NCBI GenBank assembly: GCA_000004695.1
Contig: CM000151.3
Location: forward strand, 1,024,001-1,088,000
Source: Dictyostelium discoideum
Taxonomy: Eukaryota
DNA: 64,000 nt
Direction of reading: 5' to 3'
Of this stretch, positions 1 to 13,597 are shown one piece after another. Position numbers and translations under genes: made by a program. How positions within the stretch are numbered: the stretch's first letter is position 1; every line of letters begins with the position of its first letter. The notes beneath the pieces were generated by a model. The model saw only the letters and a list, made by a program, of their open reading frames with translations. It ran no database searches and was not told the origin of the DNA.

Positions 1-187
1 TTTTATTTTATTTGTTATTTCTTGAAAATTTATAAATTTAGTAGTTGTATTTGTGGATTTGGTTTTTTTTTTTTTTTATATAGTGTGTATATAGAGATAA
101 ATAAATAATGAATATAAAAAATTAATTTATATACAAAATATATATATATACATAAAATCAGAATTTAAGTTGTTTAACCTTTTTGCG

Positions 188-227
<40 letters not shown>

Positions 228-731
228 AAAAAAATTAAAAATTAATTAAAAAAATAATATATAAAACTCAGGTAGCAAACACACTAAATATACACTAAAA
301 AAAAAAAAAAAAAAAATTAAAAAATTAAAAAATTAAAAAAAAACAGTTTTTGTGAGTTTTTTATATCACAACATATGTTTGTTTGGACACAAAAAGTAAC
401 TTTTTTTTTTTTTTTTTTATTTTTTACCATTTTCATTTTCATTTTTTTTTTTTTTTTTTTTAATGTGTTGTATTTTTAGATTATTTCCATTTTAATTAAT
501 TTTTTTTTTTGTGTGAAAATTTTAAAAAAATAAAATAAAATAAAAAATAAAATAAAAATAAAATTTGTTTTTTAAAAATAAAAAAAAATATTAATATGAA
601 ATGATTATTTATTTATTTTTATTTTTATTTTTTGTTATTTTCTATTTTTATTTGTTTGTTTTTTTTAATTTTTTTTTTTTTTTTTTGAGATATTTTCCAA
701 ATTTCAAAATTAATTTTTTTTTTTTTTTATT

Positions 732-1457
732 TTATGAATCATTTCCTGGGGTTGTGTTTAAAGATAATTTGGAATAACCCATTGATAATTTCTTTTTCTT
801 GTCAATGAAATAAAGAATTGTACAAGTTATTAATGTAATAATTAATAAAACTAATAAAGCAGATACAAGGAATAAATAGATTTTAACAACATCAACTTTA
901 GATTCACAAGCAGAGTCACCCATAATTGCAATTTCCAAGTTACAATTATTTGGAGATCTATTTACAACAGAGATAACGGTATTTGGTTGACCTTTAGCAC
1001 AATACATTGAAATTGTAGTTTTCATAATGCCACCACTAGCACCACATTTATTGGATGGTGCATAGTAAGTTAGAATACCACCTTCAACTGTATTTTCCTT
1101 TAATGATCCGATTGCTAATGTTAAATTTGAAGTTTCACCATAAACGATATCATTGAATTGATTATCTCTTGAGCAAACTGAAATTAAAGAATTATCACAT
1201 TTTGAAGAGCCAGAGCAAATATTGAAATAATATTCAACATCAATTTCTTCACCCAATTCATTCAATTTCTTTGATTTGAATTCATAAGAACCTTTTTCCT
1301 TTTTAAATCCACTAAAATCATATTTACCAATTTTACAATGTTGATGACGACTTTGTTCTTGTTGTTGTTGCTTTAAAATTAAATCATGTTCAATACTAAG
1401 ACCATTTACATAATTAATTATTAAAATAATTAATAAATATATTAATAAATTTTTCAT
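732..1457 (-). CDS. Type I membrane protein with signal peptide, Cys-rich luminal domain, one C-terminal TM helix and a short cytosolic tail containing a YSKL (YxxPhi) sorting motif; possibly an MRH-domain / Atg27-like protein
   Basis: 241-aa ORF. N-terminal hydrophobic signal (MKNLLIYLLIILIINYVNG). About 10 Cys in the ectodomain. Hydrophobic stretch LFLVSALLVLLIITLITCTILYF followed by the basic tail KKKKLSMGYSKLSL. The Atg27/MRH assignment is inference from topology only. Confidence 0.5.
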   Translation of the reverse strand: MKNLLIYLLIILIINYVNGLSIEHDLILKQQQQEQSRHQHCKIGKYDFSGFKKEKGSYEFKSKKLNELGEEIDVEYYFNICSGSSKCDNSLISVCSRDNQFNDIVYGETSNLTLAIGSLKENTVEGGILTYYAPSNKCGASGGIMKTTISMYCAKGQPNTVISVVNRSPNNCNLEIAIMGDSACESKVDVVKIYLFLVSALLVLLIITLITCTILYFIDKKKKLSMGYSKLSLNTTPGNDS

Positions 1458-1863
1458 TTTTTTTTTTTTTTTTTAAATTATTTATTTATTTAAATAATAA
1501 TTATAATAATAATAATAATAAATTTTTAATTTTAAAAAAAAAAAAAAAAAAAAAAATTGAAATGAATAAATAGTTTATATTGTTTTTTTTTTAAAAAATT
1601 TTTTTTTTAATTAAATATTATAATAATTATTTATTATTATTTTTTTTTAACAATTTATTATAATAAAAACAAAAAACACTCTCTAAAAAATATTCCAAAA
1701 AAAAAAAAAAAAAACTGTTTAGATTATTTTTAGAAGTATTGTGGTGAGTGGGGTAAAGTTGAACACAGTGTTAAAGTTACAATTTTAGAACATCAAGTGG
1801 TGATCGCCATTATAATAACAATCATAGTTTAAAAATAGGATTAAGGGGTTACATATTATAAAA

Positions 1864-1866
1864 TTA

Positions 1867-1920
<54 letters not shown>

Positions 1921-1922
1921 TT
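1864..1922. repeat. (ATT)n microsatellite, about 19 units
   Basis: Seen directly: uninterrupted attattatt... run. Confidence 0.9.
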
Positions 1923-1933
1923 TATTGTTTATT

Positions 1934-3238
1934 CTATTTTTTATTAAGATTTAATTGTCTTTGTTGTGAATTATTAAATTCATCATAAAAATGTATACTT
2001 TTAATTGATTTTGGAATTAAAGCATAATTAGGAATTGATTTTAAATTATATATACATAAATTTTCAACAGTTGAAGGTAAAGATTGTAGCGATTCATTAA
2101 ATCCATCAGGTAATAAAATCCATTTACAATTAATTGGTATTTTATCTGGTAAATGTTGTCCTTCACCAATTGTTATAAATTCAATATCGTTTGGTATATT
2201 TACTCCATCTTGATATACCATTGATTTCTTTTCATTATATATACCAAATTGACTTTGTTTCATATTAAATTTTTCATTTTCATTATTTATAATAATATTT
2301 TGGTTTGGTAAATAATTAAAATACTTAAAATTATTATTATTATTATTATTAATATTATTAATATTTAATTTTTCTATAAATGGTTTAGTTTGAGTAAAAT
2401 GAGGTTTATATGATGGTTGAATTGGTCTGATTAATTGTGATGTATTAATATCCTTAACTAATAATTCTTCATTTTCTTTACAATTATAATTATCATTTGG
2501 AATTAGTGTTATTATTGAATTTAAACATTCTTTAATTATTTCTGAAGATTCCTTTTTTATTGACACAATTTTATTATTAAATTTTGAAAAATTAATTTCA
2601 CCAATACAACTATTATTATTAATATTATTGATATGATTATTATTATTTAATTGTTTTTTAAAGTGATAATATGTTTTTATTATTTGTATTAATTGATATT
2701 CATCATCATTATTATTATTATTTTTATTATCAATTATTTCACAAGTTTTTAAAATTATTTTTAAATTATTTTCAATGAATGATTTTATAATTGTATTTGT
2801 TTGAAGATTTTCATCAAAGTTTGTTTCTAATTGTTTAATTAGATCATTTTCAATTATTTGTAAAATTAAATGTAATTGTTTAAATTCTTTATTAATTAAA
2901 GTTATATTAGTTTTATGAGTTGATGATAATTCTTTGAATTTAATATCCAAATTATTTAAAAACTCTTGACTTTTATTTGAATATTGTATTAGTTGTGGTT
3001 TTATTATATCTTTAAATTCATTAATTATTGGTGTTATTGTATCTTTATTAATTGTTTCAAGTATATGACCTTGATGAAATAATTTATTAGTTGCACATTC
3101 TAAACAAACTGGTGTATTCATACATTGAGAACATATTGCTATAATATCTTTATTTTCATGTTGAAAACATTTATTATTATTTTTAAAATAAAAATTTTTA
3201 AAATAATTTTTATTATTAACATTATTTTTATTTGACAT
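1934..3238 (-). CDS. B-box-type zinc-finger protein with a C-terminal FNIP-like repeat region
   Basis: 434-aa ORF. N-terminal C-x2-C...C-x2-C...H-x-H arrangement (CSQCMNTPVCLECATNKLFHQGH) typical of B-box fingers. C-terminus (LPDGFNESLQSLPSTVENLCIYNLKSIPNYALIPKSIKSIHFYDEFN) resembles dictyostelid FNIP repeats. N-rich linkers. Confidence 0.55.
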   Translation of the reverse strand: MSNKNNVNNKNYFKNFYFKNNNKCFQHENKDIIAICSQCMNTPVCLECATNKLFHQGHILETINKDTITPIINEFKDIIKPQLIQYSNKSQEFLNNLDIKFKELSSTHKTNITLINKEFKQLHLILQIIENDLIKQLETNFDENLQTNTIIKSFIENNLKIILKTCEIIDNKNNNNNDDEYQLIQIIKTYYHFKKQLNNNNHINNINNNSCIGEINFSKFNNKIVSIKKESSEIIKECLNSIITLIPNDNYNCKENEELLVKDINTSQLIRPIQPSYKPHFTQTKPFIEKLNINNINNNNNNNFKYFNYLPNQNIIINNENEKFNMKQSQFGIYNEKKSMVYQDGVNIPNDIEFITIGEGQHLPDKIPINCKWILLPDGFNESLQSLPSTVENLCIYNLKSIPNYALIPKSIKSIHFYDEFNNSQQRQLNLNKK

Positions 3239-3508
3239 TTATTATGAAAATAAATAAATAAATACAATAAGTATATATAAATAAATATATATATAAATAT
3301 ATTGGTGTGTAAGCATATGTTAAATATTGAAAATAAAAAAAAAAAAAAAAGAAAATAAAAATTAATAAAATTACAAAAAAAAATTAAAAAATTAAAAAAT
3401 AAAAAAGTGTTAAGGGTTAATTTATTTTAAAGTAATCAATTTTTACATACTAAAATAGAAATTATCATTCAATGGCATTTGAACAAAAACCTTTTCTCAA
3501 AATAATTA

Positions 3509-3518
3509 ATATATATAT

Positions 3519-3551
<33 letters not shown>
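3509..3551. repeat. (AT)n dinucleotide microsatellite
   Basis: Seen directly. Confidence 0.9.
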
Positions 3552-3553
<2 letters not shown>

Positions 3554-3708
3554 TATTAAAAATAAGATTATAATAAATTGTTTAATTAATGATATTTGTT
3601 TATTTAAGTAATATTAATAATTTTTTTAAAATTTTAATGATTTTTTTTTTTTTATAAAAAAAAGGAAAATAGAAATTTTAAAATTCATTGGGGGTATGAT
3701 TGTTCTCC

Positions 3709-3887
3709 TTAAAGAAATACAACTAAATCAAGTAAAGGGTTAATACTGAGTTGTGTTTGAATTAATTCACCTCCCAACAATCCAGCATTTTGTTGTTGAG
3801 TAAATGAGTTTGTGGTTGGAACAACTTCATTATTAATTCTTTGTTGTCTTTTTAATGATTGATTATTTGAAATTGATAAAATTGATT
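3709..3887 (-). CDS. Probable 3'-terminal exon of an unplaced minus-strand gene (...ESILSISNNQSLKRQQRINNEVVPTTNSFTQQQNAGLLGGELIQTQLSINPLLDLVVFL*)
   Basis: Open frame preceded by an acceptor-like ...ataaaatag| and ending in TAA. Upstream exons not found. Not in the ORF track because it is under 60 aa. Confidence 0.2.
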
Positions 3888-4960
3888 CTATTTTATTTTA
3901 TAAATTTTAAAAAAAAAAAAAAAAAAAAAAAATATATTTTAGTATTAGTATTTTAAAAAATTGACAAAAATAAATTTAAATTTAAATAAAACCAAACACA
4001 TACTAATGATTGACATTTTGATTTATGTTTTTTAATTTGTTTTAGGATTTAGTTAATTGTTTGATTTGTTATTTTATATTATTAATTTTTTTTTTCTCCT
4101 TTTTATAGATTGTTTTTTTTTTTTTTTTTCATTTTTATTTTTTTTTTTTAAATATATTGTTTTAGTAATAATTTACAAATTTTTTTTGAATTTTATTGAA
4201 TGGGCCAATAAAATTTAAGATTTTAATTTAAAAATAAAATTTTTAATAAAATCATTTATACACACCAAAAATAAGAAAAAAAAAATAAAAAATTAAATTA
4301 TAGGAAATAAATAATAATTAAAATTAGTCATACGAAATAATATAATTAAAAAATGATTGTAAAATCGAATTGGATTGGGATTTTAAAATATAATTAATAG
4401 TGGGTTTAATATAAAAAAAGTTACAATTCTTTTTTTTCAATATTTTTAATAATAAAAAAAAGTATAAATTGGGTGTGTGGGAGGTGTACTATTTAAATTA
4501 TTTTTTCACATATATAAAATTACATTATTAATTATTAAAATTATAAAAACTATTAGATTTTAAAAATGACAATTATTAGTATGTAAATTATAGAATAATT
4601 AATTAATTTAAAACAAATCCCATTCAATATTTATAAAAATTATTTTCTAACAAAATTCTGTGTTTTGAATTATAATTTTTAAATATTTTTTATATTTTAT
4701 AGAATCAATATCAATAATTGCAGATAAATCAATATCAAAAACTAATTTTATTAAAATTAATAATGAAAATGATAGTATAGTTATTATGTATACAAATAAT
4801 CAAAAAATATCAAAATCAAGGGGTCAAATATTAGATTCCCATATAGTTGTAAATCCATTAATTGATTTTAATTTAATTTTTTAAAAAAAAAAAAAAATGA
4901 TTAAAAAAAAATTAAAATAATAAAAATAAAACTGTATTAATTTATTTTTAAAAATTCTTT

Positions 4961-5265
4961 TTACAACCCTAATGTAGCACCAACAACAAGACCAAGTATT
5001 AAAACAACCCCACCAACTAATTCTAATAAACCACTAACCAATCCTGTTTTTTCGTTTGACCCTTGAATATTATTTGGAGGATTGATTGAATTGTTTATGC
5101 TATTTAAATTATTTTGACTTTTATTTTTATTTGTGATTTTTCCTAATGAAGAAATTGAGTCTATTATTTTTTAAAAAAAAAAAAAAAAAAATATTAGTTT
5201 ATTTTATTTTATTAAATAATAATAATGTGGTTTTTTTTATTTATTTAACCTACTAATTATTGTCA
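4961..5265 (-). CDS. HssA/2C/7E-like small Ser/Gly-rich protein (family member 1), 2 exons
   Basis: Exon 1 about 5253..5265 (ATGACAATAATTA|GTAGGT). Intron to ...aataatag| at about 5161. Exon 2 about 4961..5160. Spliced product: [70 protein letters not shown]. The M-T/A-I-L/I-x-S-I-S-S-L/I-G N-terminus is the family signature. Confidence 0.45.
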
Positions 5266-6365
5266 TTTTTATAAATATTTATAGTTTTAAAGTTTTAAAT
5301 TTATTAAATTAATTTATTAATTAAACAAGTTGTTTTTTTTTTTTTTAAATTTTTTTTTTTTTTTTATTCTGTTATTAACTCTATTTATAGAGTAAAGTAT
5401 TTAGATTAATTTACTTGTTTGCAAATTGTAAAAGGAATCATACTTTAAGAATTTAAGATTTTAATAAATTTATTAATTAATTAATTATTTTTTGTATAAA
5501 AATTAAAAAAATAACAAATACTACATAATATATTTTTTGTTGATTTATTAATAAATTATTATTTCCTTTTCAAATTTAAACCACCTAGCCTACGTTTCTT
5601 AAAAAAATAAAAAATAAAATAAATAAAAAAAAAATAAAAAAAAAAAATAAAAAAAAATAAAATTTGGTTTTTTTTTTTTTATTAATACAAATATAGGTGT
5701 TCTCCAAAAATGTAATTAATTAAAAAAAAAGCGAAAATATGATGGTTTTAAAGATATTTTAATTTGAAACTTTATTTACCAAATAAAGAATCATTAACAT
5801 TTTAAGCATTTCGGACAGTAGCAAATGTGTACCAAATTAGTAGATTAAAAAATTTTTATTTTCAATTAAAAACACCAAAATTTTAAACCTTCAAATACCA
5901 AAAAAAAAAAAAACATTAATACTATTGAAATTACCAAAAAAAGGTGAAAGGAAACACTCAAAAAAAAAAAAATTTTGAGATATACTAGTTAAAATAAATT
6001 AATTTTTTATTTTTTTATTTTTCTTTTTTTTTTTTTCAAGTAGATATTTTAATCTAAAAAGTTTCTATTTTTGAAATAAAAAAAAAAAAAAAAACAAACT
6101 GTTTTTCACTACAATCAAACGTTTGGATCCTGGAATCAGTTTTTTTATTTTTTTTTATTTTTTTTTTTATTTTTTTTTTTAAAATTTTAGGTGGATCTTA
6201 TTAAATAAATTTTCTTTAAGATTTCCGGAACACCTGCATATAAAATAAAATGTAAAAAGTTAGATATTTTTTTTTAAAAAAGTAAATTGATTGCAACATA
6301 TTACGAAAAAAAAAAAAAATCTAAAAAAAAAAAAATAAAAACAATTAAAAAAAAAATAAAAAACA

Positions 6366-6410
<45 letters not shown>

Positions 6411-6509
6411 AAAAACTGTGAATAAAAAAAAAAATAAAAATTATTTGGTACAAGCCCCTGAAACAGAAAAAAAATAAAAAAATAAAAAAAAATAAAAAAA
6501 AATAAAAAT

Positions 6510-6545
<36 letters not shown>

Positions 6546-6562
6546 ATCAACAAAAACCAAAA

Positions 6563-7142
6563 ATGGAATTGTTAAAAATAATTATAAAATTTTTTTTAAA
6601 ATTAAGAGTTCAAATTTTAGTTTTAGGTTTAATTGCTTGGGCTGTTGCATTCTCGATTGACAGAACATTGGTCGAAGATTATAGAAATAAAAGTGATGAT
6701 ATTTTTACAAATGAAAATAATTTTAAAATGGTTCGTACAAATAGAGAGAGTGCAGCATTTATAATATTAAGTATTTTTGAAACTGGGTTATTCGGACTTG
6801 GTATTGGATTTTTTGTATCATTAGGATTTAGAGTTTTTAAAATTAAAAATAAAATGTTAAGAAAAAGAATGATATGGTGTTGGGCTGCCATTAGTTACTT
6901 TTGTGTAACTTGGTGGCCACATTCAACTTCTCATTTCTTAATTTTAACAACTGGTAGATCACCAATTGATAATTATATAACAATGGAAACTACTTTCCAT
7001 TGGACACTTACATTTTGTTCAAGTACTTTAGCATATTTTCAATATGGTAAATAAATTATTAATATTAATTAAAAAAATGAGGGGACAGGGGTTTTTCATA
7101 CTACCCCTCTTTTTTTTCCAAAATTTTAAAAATTAAATATTA

Positions 7143-7179
<37 letters not shown>

Positions 7180-7954
7180 CCAAGATTTAATTCAATTAAT
7201 GAGAGATGTTGCAATTATGAGGAAAAGAATGGTAGCAAGTGGAAAGGAAGAAGTTGATCCATTAAAACAAGAATGGTATAAGAATTATCATTATCATTCA
7301 ATTGTGATTGCAATTATAGTTTTAGCAATAGCAATACCTGTTGCATTTCATTTTGATCCACTTACAGATAAATTAGAAAGATATCAAAGATTCTTTTATG
7401 TAACATTTCATATTGTAAATTCAGCAGTTGCAGCAGTTGGTTTTGCATTTGCATATGCCGTTACTAGAACGATTTTACTTTTACCTCCATCACCCGGAAG
7501 AAAAGTTTCAATAGTTTCTTCCCTTGCAATTACATTTTTATTTATAATTCAATATATTCATCCAATGGTACATGTAAAAACTAAACCAAGTATGAAAAAT
7601 ACAATTGCAATTGATTTTGGATTTCATGTACCAATTGTTTTGGCAACTGGAATTTTAGCATTTTATCAATTTAGAATGATGGAATTAGCAACTGATGATA
7701 AATCTTCACTTTCAATAGCAGTTAGAATGAGAAGTGATTCAAAATCTGCTTCAAAAGGTTCATCTTTAAAATCTGCTGATAATGCTTCACAATCACAATC
7801 TTCAAATTCTTTCTCAACAAGTATTCAAATTGATCATTTAAAAACAAAAACTCCTCCTATTGATGAATCAATTAATAATAGTTCAATAGAAATGAAAGAT
7901 TTAGAAACCAATTCAAAAGATAATAATATTTCAATTTGTATCGAAAAAGAATAA
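6563..7954 (+). CDS. Multi-pass (about 7 TM) integral membrane protein of unknown function, 2 exons
   Basis: Exon 1 6563..7046 (true ATG is MELLKIII; the track's MCKKKK... start lies in a poly-A tract). Donor TATG|GTAAAT. T-rich intron ending ...ccaag|. Exon 2 7185..7954. Phases close as G+AT = Asp (...AYFQY-D-LIQLMRDVAIMRK...). Seven hydrophobic helices. Ser-rich C-terminal tail. Confidence 0.6.
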
Positions 7955-8902
7955 TAATATGTATTATTAAAATAAAAAAATGTAAAAAAAAAAATATAAA
8001 AAAAAATAAAATAAAAAAAATAAAATAAAAATTGTATATTTAAAAAATTAATCATTATATTATTTTTTTATTGAATTAAATTACTTCTAGAATTTATTTA
8101 AATCAATAATGAATTTCAGTTAAATATTTTCTAAATTAATAGGATTATAATCCAATAAAAAAAAAAAAAAAGTGTGGGCAAGAAGAAAAAAACTTCTTTA
8201 AAATAAAAAAAAATTGTGGATAAACCAAAAATATTATTCAGGTGTGCAAAACACAATTATTTTTTAAAAAATACTCGATGATATTTTATTGTGTTTATTT
8301 TTTCCTGATATAAACAATTTTATAATTCAATTGTTTAATTATTTTTTTTTTTTATTAAATTTCTTTTTTTTTTTTTTTTCAAAATACTATGATAGTTGAT
8401 AAAAAACATTTTAGTTTATTTTTTTTTTAGATTTTTTTTTATCGTTTTATATTCTAATGTATCTTCATCTATTAAGATGATAAAAAATATATAAAAAAAA
8501 ATTAAAATATGTTACACCACAAGCCATTTAAAAAATTAAAAATATAAATTGCTTGTAAAAAAAAAAAAATTTAAAAAAAAATAAAAACAACTTAATTATA
8601 TATAGTGTCATTAAATATTTTACATAAACTTGATTAACCAAAACTAGTGTAAAAAAAACTATAAACATTTTAGATTAAAGATTAATTCTTATTAAAATTA
8701 TTTATATAGAAAAAATAAAAAAAATAAAAAAAATAAAAAAAAATTAAAAATAATAAAATTAAATATATATAAATATATAAATATATTGTTTTTAATTATA
8801 AAATAAAAAAAAATTTTATATAAATAAGTTTAAAAAAATTTTATTATTTTTTAAAAACAAAATTCAATTTTTAAAACATTAAATAAAATAAAATAATAAA
8901 GA

Positions 8903-9206
8903 ATGACAATAAGTGGTAAGTAAAATTTTTTTTTTTTTTTTTATATCTTTAAAATAAATTTTTTCTAAAATTTTAAAAAATTATAAAAATAAAGGATCAT
9001 TTTCATCTTTTGGTACTACCAATTCACTTAATGTAAAAAATAATCAAAATCATTTTCTATCAACATCTCCAAATTTAAATGGTAATTCAATATTATCAAG
9101 CTCATTTGGTGGATCATCATCATTCCAAAATTCAAACTACCTTATTGCTTCAGTAAACTCAACTGTGATTACTGAAAGTTTTAAACTTCTTGATAATCCA
9201 TGGTAA
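8903..9206 (+). CDS. HssA/2C/7E-like small Ser-rich protein (family member 2, Cys-free variant), 2 exons
   Basis: Exon 1 8903..8915 (ATGACAATAAGTG|GTAAGT). Intron to ...aaataaag| at about 8994. Exon 2 8995..9206. Product: MTISGSFSSFGTTNSLNVKNNQNHFLSTSPNLNGNSILSSSFGGSSSFQNSNYLIASVNSTVITESFKLLDNPW*. Confidence 0.45.
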
Positions 9207-9388
9207 AAACAAATCTGAAATAGTTTACAAAGTCACCAAAAAAAAAAAAAAAAAATTGTAACAACATCTTAAATTATTTTTAAAAAAAATATTTATTTAA
9301 ATAAAAAAAAGTGTAGTTTTAATGTTTTCTAGTACAATAAGAGAAAAAAAAAATATATATATATTTAAAAAAAAATAAAAAGATAATT

Positions 9389-9423
<35 letters not shown>

Positions 9424-9464
9424 TTAATTTAATTTTATTTTTTATTTTTTGATATTAATTAATT

Positions 9465-10604
9465 TTATAATTGTTTTATAAAATTTCTTAATTTATCTTT
9501 ATATTGATCGATTGAAGTTGAATGAAAAGCAGTTTGATGAGTTTTATTATGAACAGTCCATAATTCTTTTGGATGATTTGCTTTTTCATATAGTAAAACT
9601 GATTGACTATAGGGTACAACTGGATCATGAGTTGCATGAATGAAAAGTATTGGTTTTGGTGATATTTTATCTACATAATTTAGTGGTGTATCATCTTTGC
9701 TAACATTGATAGTAGTGGAGATGATACGATATTCAGTGAGTTTTAAAATCGTGTCAACAATGATCTCTGGTGGATTCTTTGGTAATAATTGGTCATATGG
9801 TGATTTAATGAATGGAAAGAATGAACTGATTCCAGCGCCCAAGAATCTAAATATGTTATGTCTCCAAGCGGAAGAGGCCAAGGCATATGGACTCTCTGCA
9901 ATTACACCGTCGATTAAATGTCTGTCTTTTGCAGCTGCAATAATCACGCTGCCACCACCCAATGACATACCGGTGAGCAATAATTTCTTGCAGATTTTAT
10001 TATAGGGTTCAGTGGTTTTCAATAATCTAATAGCGGAACGAACGTCTTTATGCTCCCTATAACTGTAGCCCACACCGCGATTTGCGCTATCAGATTTACC
10101 AACACCATCAATTGAATCGTAGTTTAATATTGATATACCCTCATCATGGAATAATTTAGTATGGTTTATCCATTCATAACGGTCTCTACCACTACCATGA
10201 ATTGAGATTACACATAATTGTTTACAATTTTCTTTTGATGCTGGTATCCACCATCCCCTAATTTTCATACTACTATTATTATTATTATTATTTTCACCAT
10301 CAAAACTTGGAAATTCTATATCTTGAAAATCAATTCCAAATTTTGTCTTTGGATCACCAATATTTGGTTTATGTTGTGTTCTCAACCATGGAAAATATAA
10401 TAATGAATGTGATGTAAATCCAATGAATCCAATAGAAATAATTATTGAAATTATTAATATACTAATTGATGTATATATTATAAATTTATTTAAACATTTT
10501 GATTTACTTTTTATTTTTGTTGTTGATTTACTTTTTAATTTATCATTATTAATTGTTTTTATTTTATTATTTTTATTATTATTATTATTTGTTGTGACCA
10601 TCAT
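9465..10604 (-). CDS. Alpha/beta-hydrolase fold protein (ABHD/BEM46-like serine hydrolase) with an N-terminal membrane anchor
   Basis: 379-aa ORF. GxSxG nucleophile elbow (GMSLGGG). HGSG oxyanion-hole-like motif. Downstream Asp and His candidates. Single TM helix after a poly-N/K N-terminus. Confidence 0.7.
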   Translation of the reverse strand: MMVTTNNNNNKNNKIKTINNDKLKSKSTTKIKSKSKCLNKFIIYTSISILIISIIISIGFIGFTSHSLLYFPWLRTQHKPNIGDPKTKFGIDFQDIEFPSFDGENNNNNNSSMKIRGWWIPASKENCKQLCVISIHGSGRDRYEWINHTKLFHDEGISILNYDSIDGVGKSDSANRGVGYSYREHKDVRSAIRLLKTTEPYNKICKKLLLTGMSLGGGSVIIAAAKDRHLIDGVIAESPYALASSAWRHNIFRFLGAGISSFFPFIKSPYDQLLPKNPPEIIVDTILKLTEYRIISTTINVSKDDTPLNYVDKISPKPILFIHATHDPVVPYSQSVLLYEKANHPKELWTVHNKTHQTAFHSTSIDQYKDKLRNFIKQL

Positions 10605-11062
10605 AAAAAAAAAAAAAAAAAAAAAAGAAAAGTGAAAAATATTTTTTCTAAATATGTTTTTACAAAAAATAAAAAAAATGAAAAAAAAAAAAATATTTTA
10701 CTTTGTTTAAAAAAATGAAAAAAAAAAAAAAAATAAAATAAAATAAAAAAAAAATTAAAAAAAAATTAAAAAAATTAAGTAGATAAATTTAGTAGGTCAA
10801 GACGTCTGTTTTCAAAAAAAAAAAAAAAAAAAATAAAATAAAATAATATAAACAATTGTCAAAAAGGACATTGCCCTTTGAAACCACGCGCACCAAATTT
10901 TCAAAAAAAAAAAAAAAAATGATTGCGCAATTTCACCCCTTTTTTTTTTTTTTTTTTCAAAAAATTTAAAAATATCTTTTTTTTTTTTTTTTTTTTATTA
11001 ATTCCTATTTTTATATATAATTTATAATATAAATAAGAAAAAAAAAAAGGTAAATTAATTTT

Positions 11063-11919
<857 letters not shown>

Positions 11920-13221
11920 TATTTTTATAAAGTTTTTAATTTTTTACTTTTTTTTTTAAGGGATATTTATTTATTTATTTATTTATTTTGATTTGTTAAT
12001 TGATAAATTGGATTAAAAAAATTTTAATTTATAGTGTTAGGGTGTAAAAAAATTAAAAAAGTAAAAAAATAAAAAAAAAAAATTTGAAAAAAAAAAAAAA
12101 AAATGTTCTAGAATATTAAATTAATTTACAACAATTTTTAATATCTAAAAAATGAAAAGAATATTAGAGGACACTTAAAAATTGTTTTTTTTTAATTTTA
12201 ATAATTTAATTCATGAAGGGAACATTGTTCCACAACTAAAATTATTGTTATAATAAAATTTTTTTTTTTTAATATCATTTTTTTTTTTTTTTAGTGGATG
12301 GTATCTTTTTTTTTTTTTTTTTTTTTTTTTTTTATTATTTTTTTATTTTAATTTAATGCTCACAAAAGGAAATAAATAAAAAAAAGATTATTATGATGTA
12401 TGAAATTATCTTTTTTTTTTTTAATCCTGGTTGATAATTTTTATTTTTCAAAGTAAAATTATATTTTTTTTTTTTATTTTTTTTTTTGTTGATGAAAATT
12501 TTGTGTTATTGGTGGGCATATGAACATCCCTTTATTAAATATTATTTTTTTTTTTATTTTGTTTTTTCAAGTTAAATATAAATTTAAATAATTTTTTTTT
12601 TTTTTTTCTTTTTTTTAATTATGTATTTTTTTTTATTTATTTATTTATTTTATTTTTTTTTTATTTAGGAATCTAAATATATCATGATTTTACCAGGATT
12701 CGGAAATGCTTAAGACAAAAAGATTTTTTTTTGAATTTTTCGTTTTTATTTGGTTTTTTTTTTATTTTTAAATTTATTTTTATTTTTATTTTTTTTTTTT
12801 TTTTTTTTTTTTCAATTCGTTAGTTTCCCAAAAATCCTTTTTTTTTTTCTTTTTTTTTTTTTTTCAAAACAGAATTTTCTATAATATTATTGTGTATTCA
12901 TATTTAAAGAAAAAAAATAAAAAATAGAATAAAAATAAAAACAAAGAAAAAAAAAAAATAAAAATAATTTTTAAATTGAAAATTTTAACTTTTTTTTTTT
13001 CTTTTTTATTTTAATTTATTTTTAATTTTTGTAATTTTACACACAAAAATAAAAAAAATCGAGATAAGACTATTAATAAATCTCAAAAAAAAAAGATACT
13101 TCTCAAAAAAAATAAGATCTTTTTGAATAAAATAAACAATACACAAATACATATATATATAAATTAATAAATAAATAAAAATAAATAAATAATACATATA
13201 TATATATAAATATAAATATAA

Positions 13222-13566
13222 ATGGGTAGATCACCAGAAGAAACCCAACCATTGGTTGGTGGAGGAGGAGGAGGAAAATCAGATCCATATAGTTTTATGT
13301 ATCCAGGTAGTGGTAGTATTTCAACATTAAATATTAATGGTAGTTCAAATTCATACCCATTGGATAATGTACTTCAACATAAAGGTTCAGATTATATTGG
13401 TGAAAATAATGATGTATTAGTAGGAACAGAGGCTAAAATGGTTTTAACAGGTGAAGTTGAAAATAAAAAAGTTTTAGATGGTTCTGATGAACATAAAATT
13501 GGTCAATTATTTTCAACAGCAATTTGTGGTAACGATGTAATTTATCACTATTTAAAAAAAAAGAAG

Positions 13567-13597
<31 letters not shown>

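Noticed and set aside
6260-6553. 97-aa poly-Phe ORF (minus) and the MCKKKKKKKKK start of the 6509 ORF
   Set aside because: Both are translations of a long poly-A/poly-T tract. The real start of the membrane-protein gene is the ATG at 6563.
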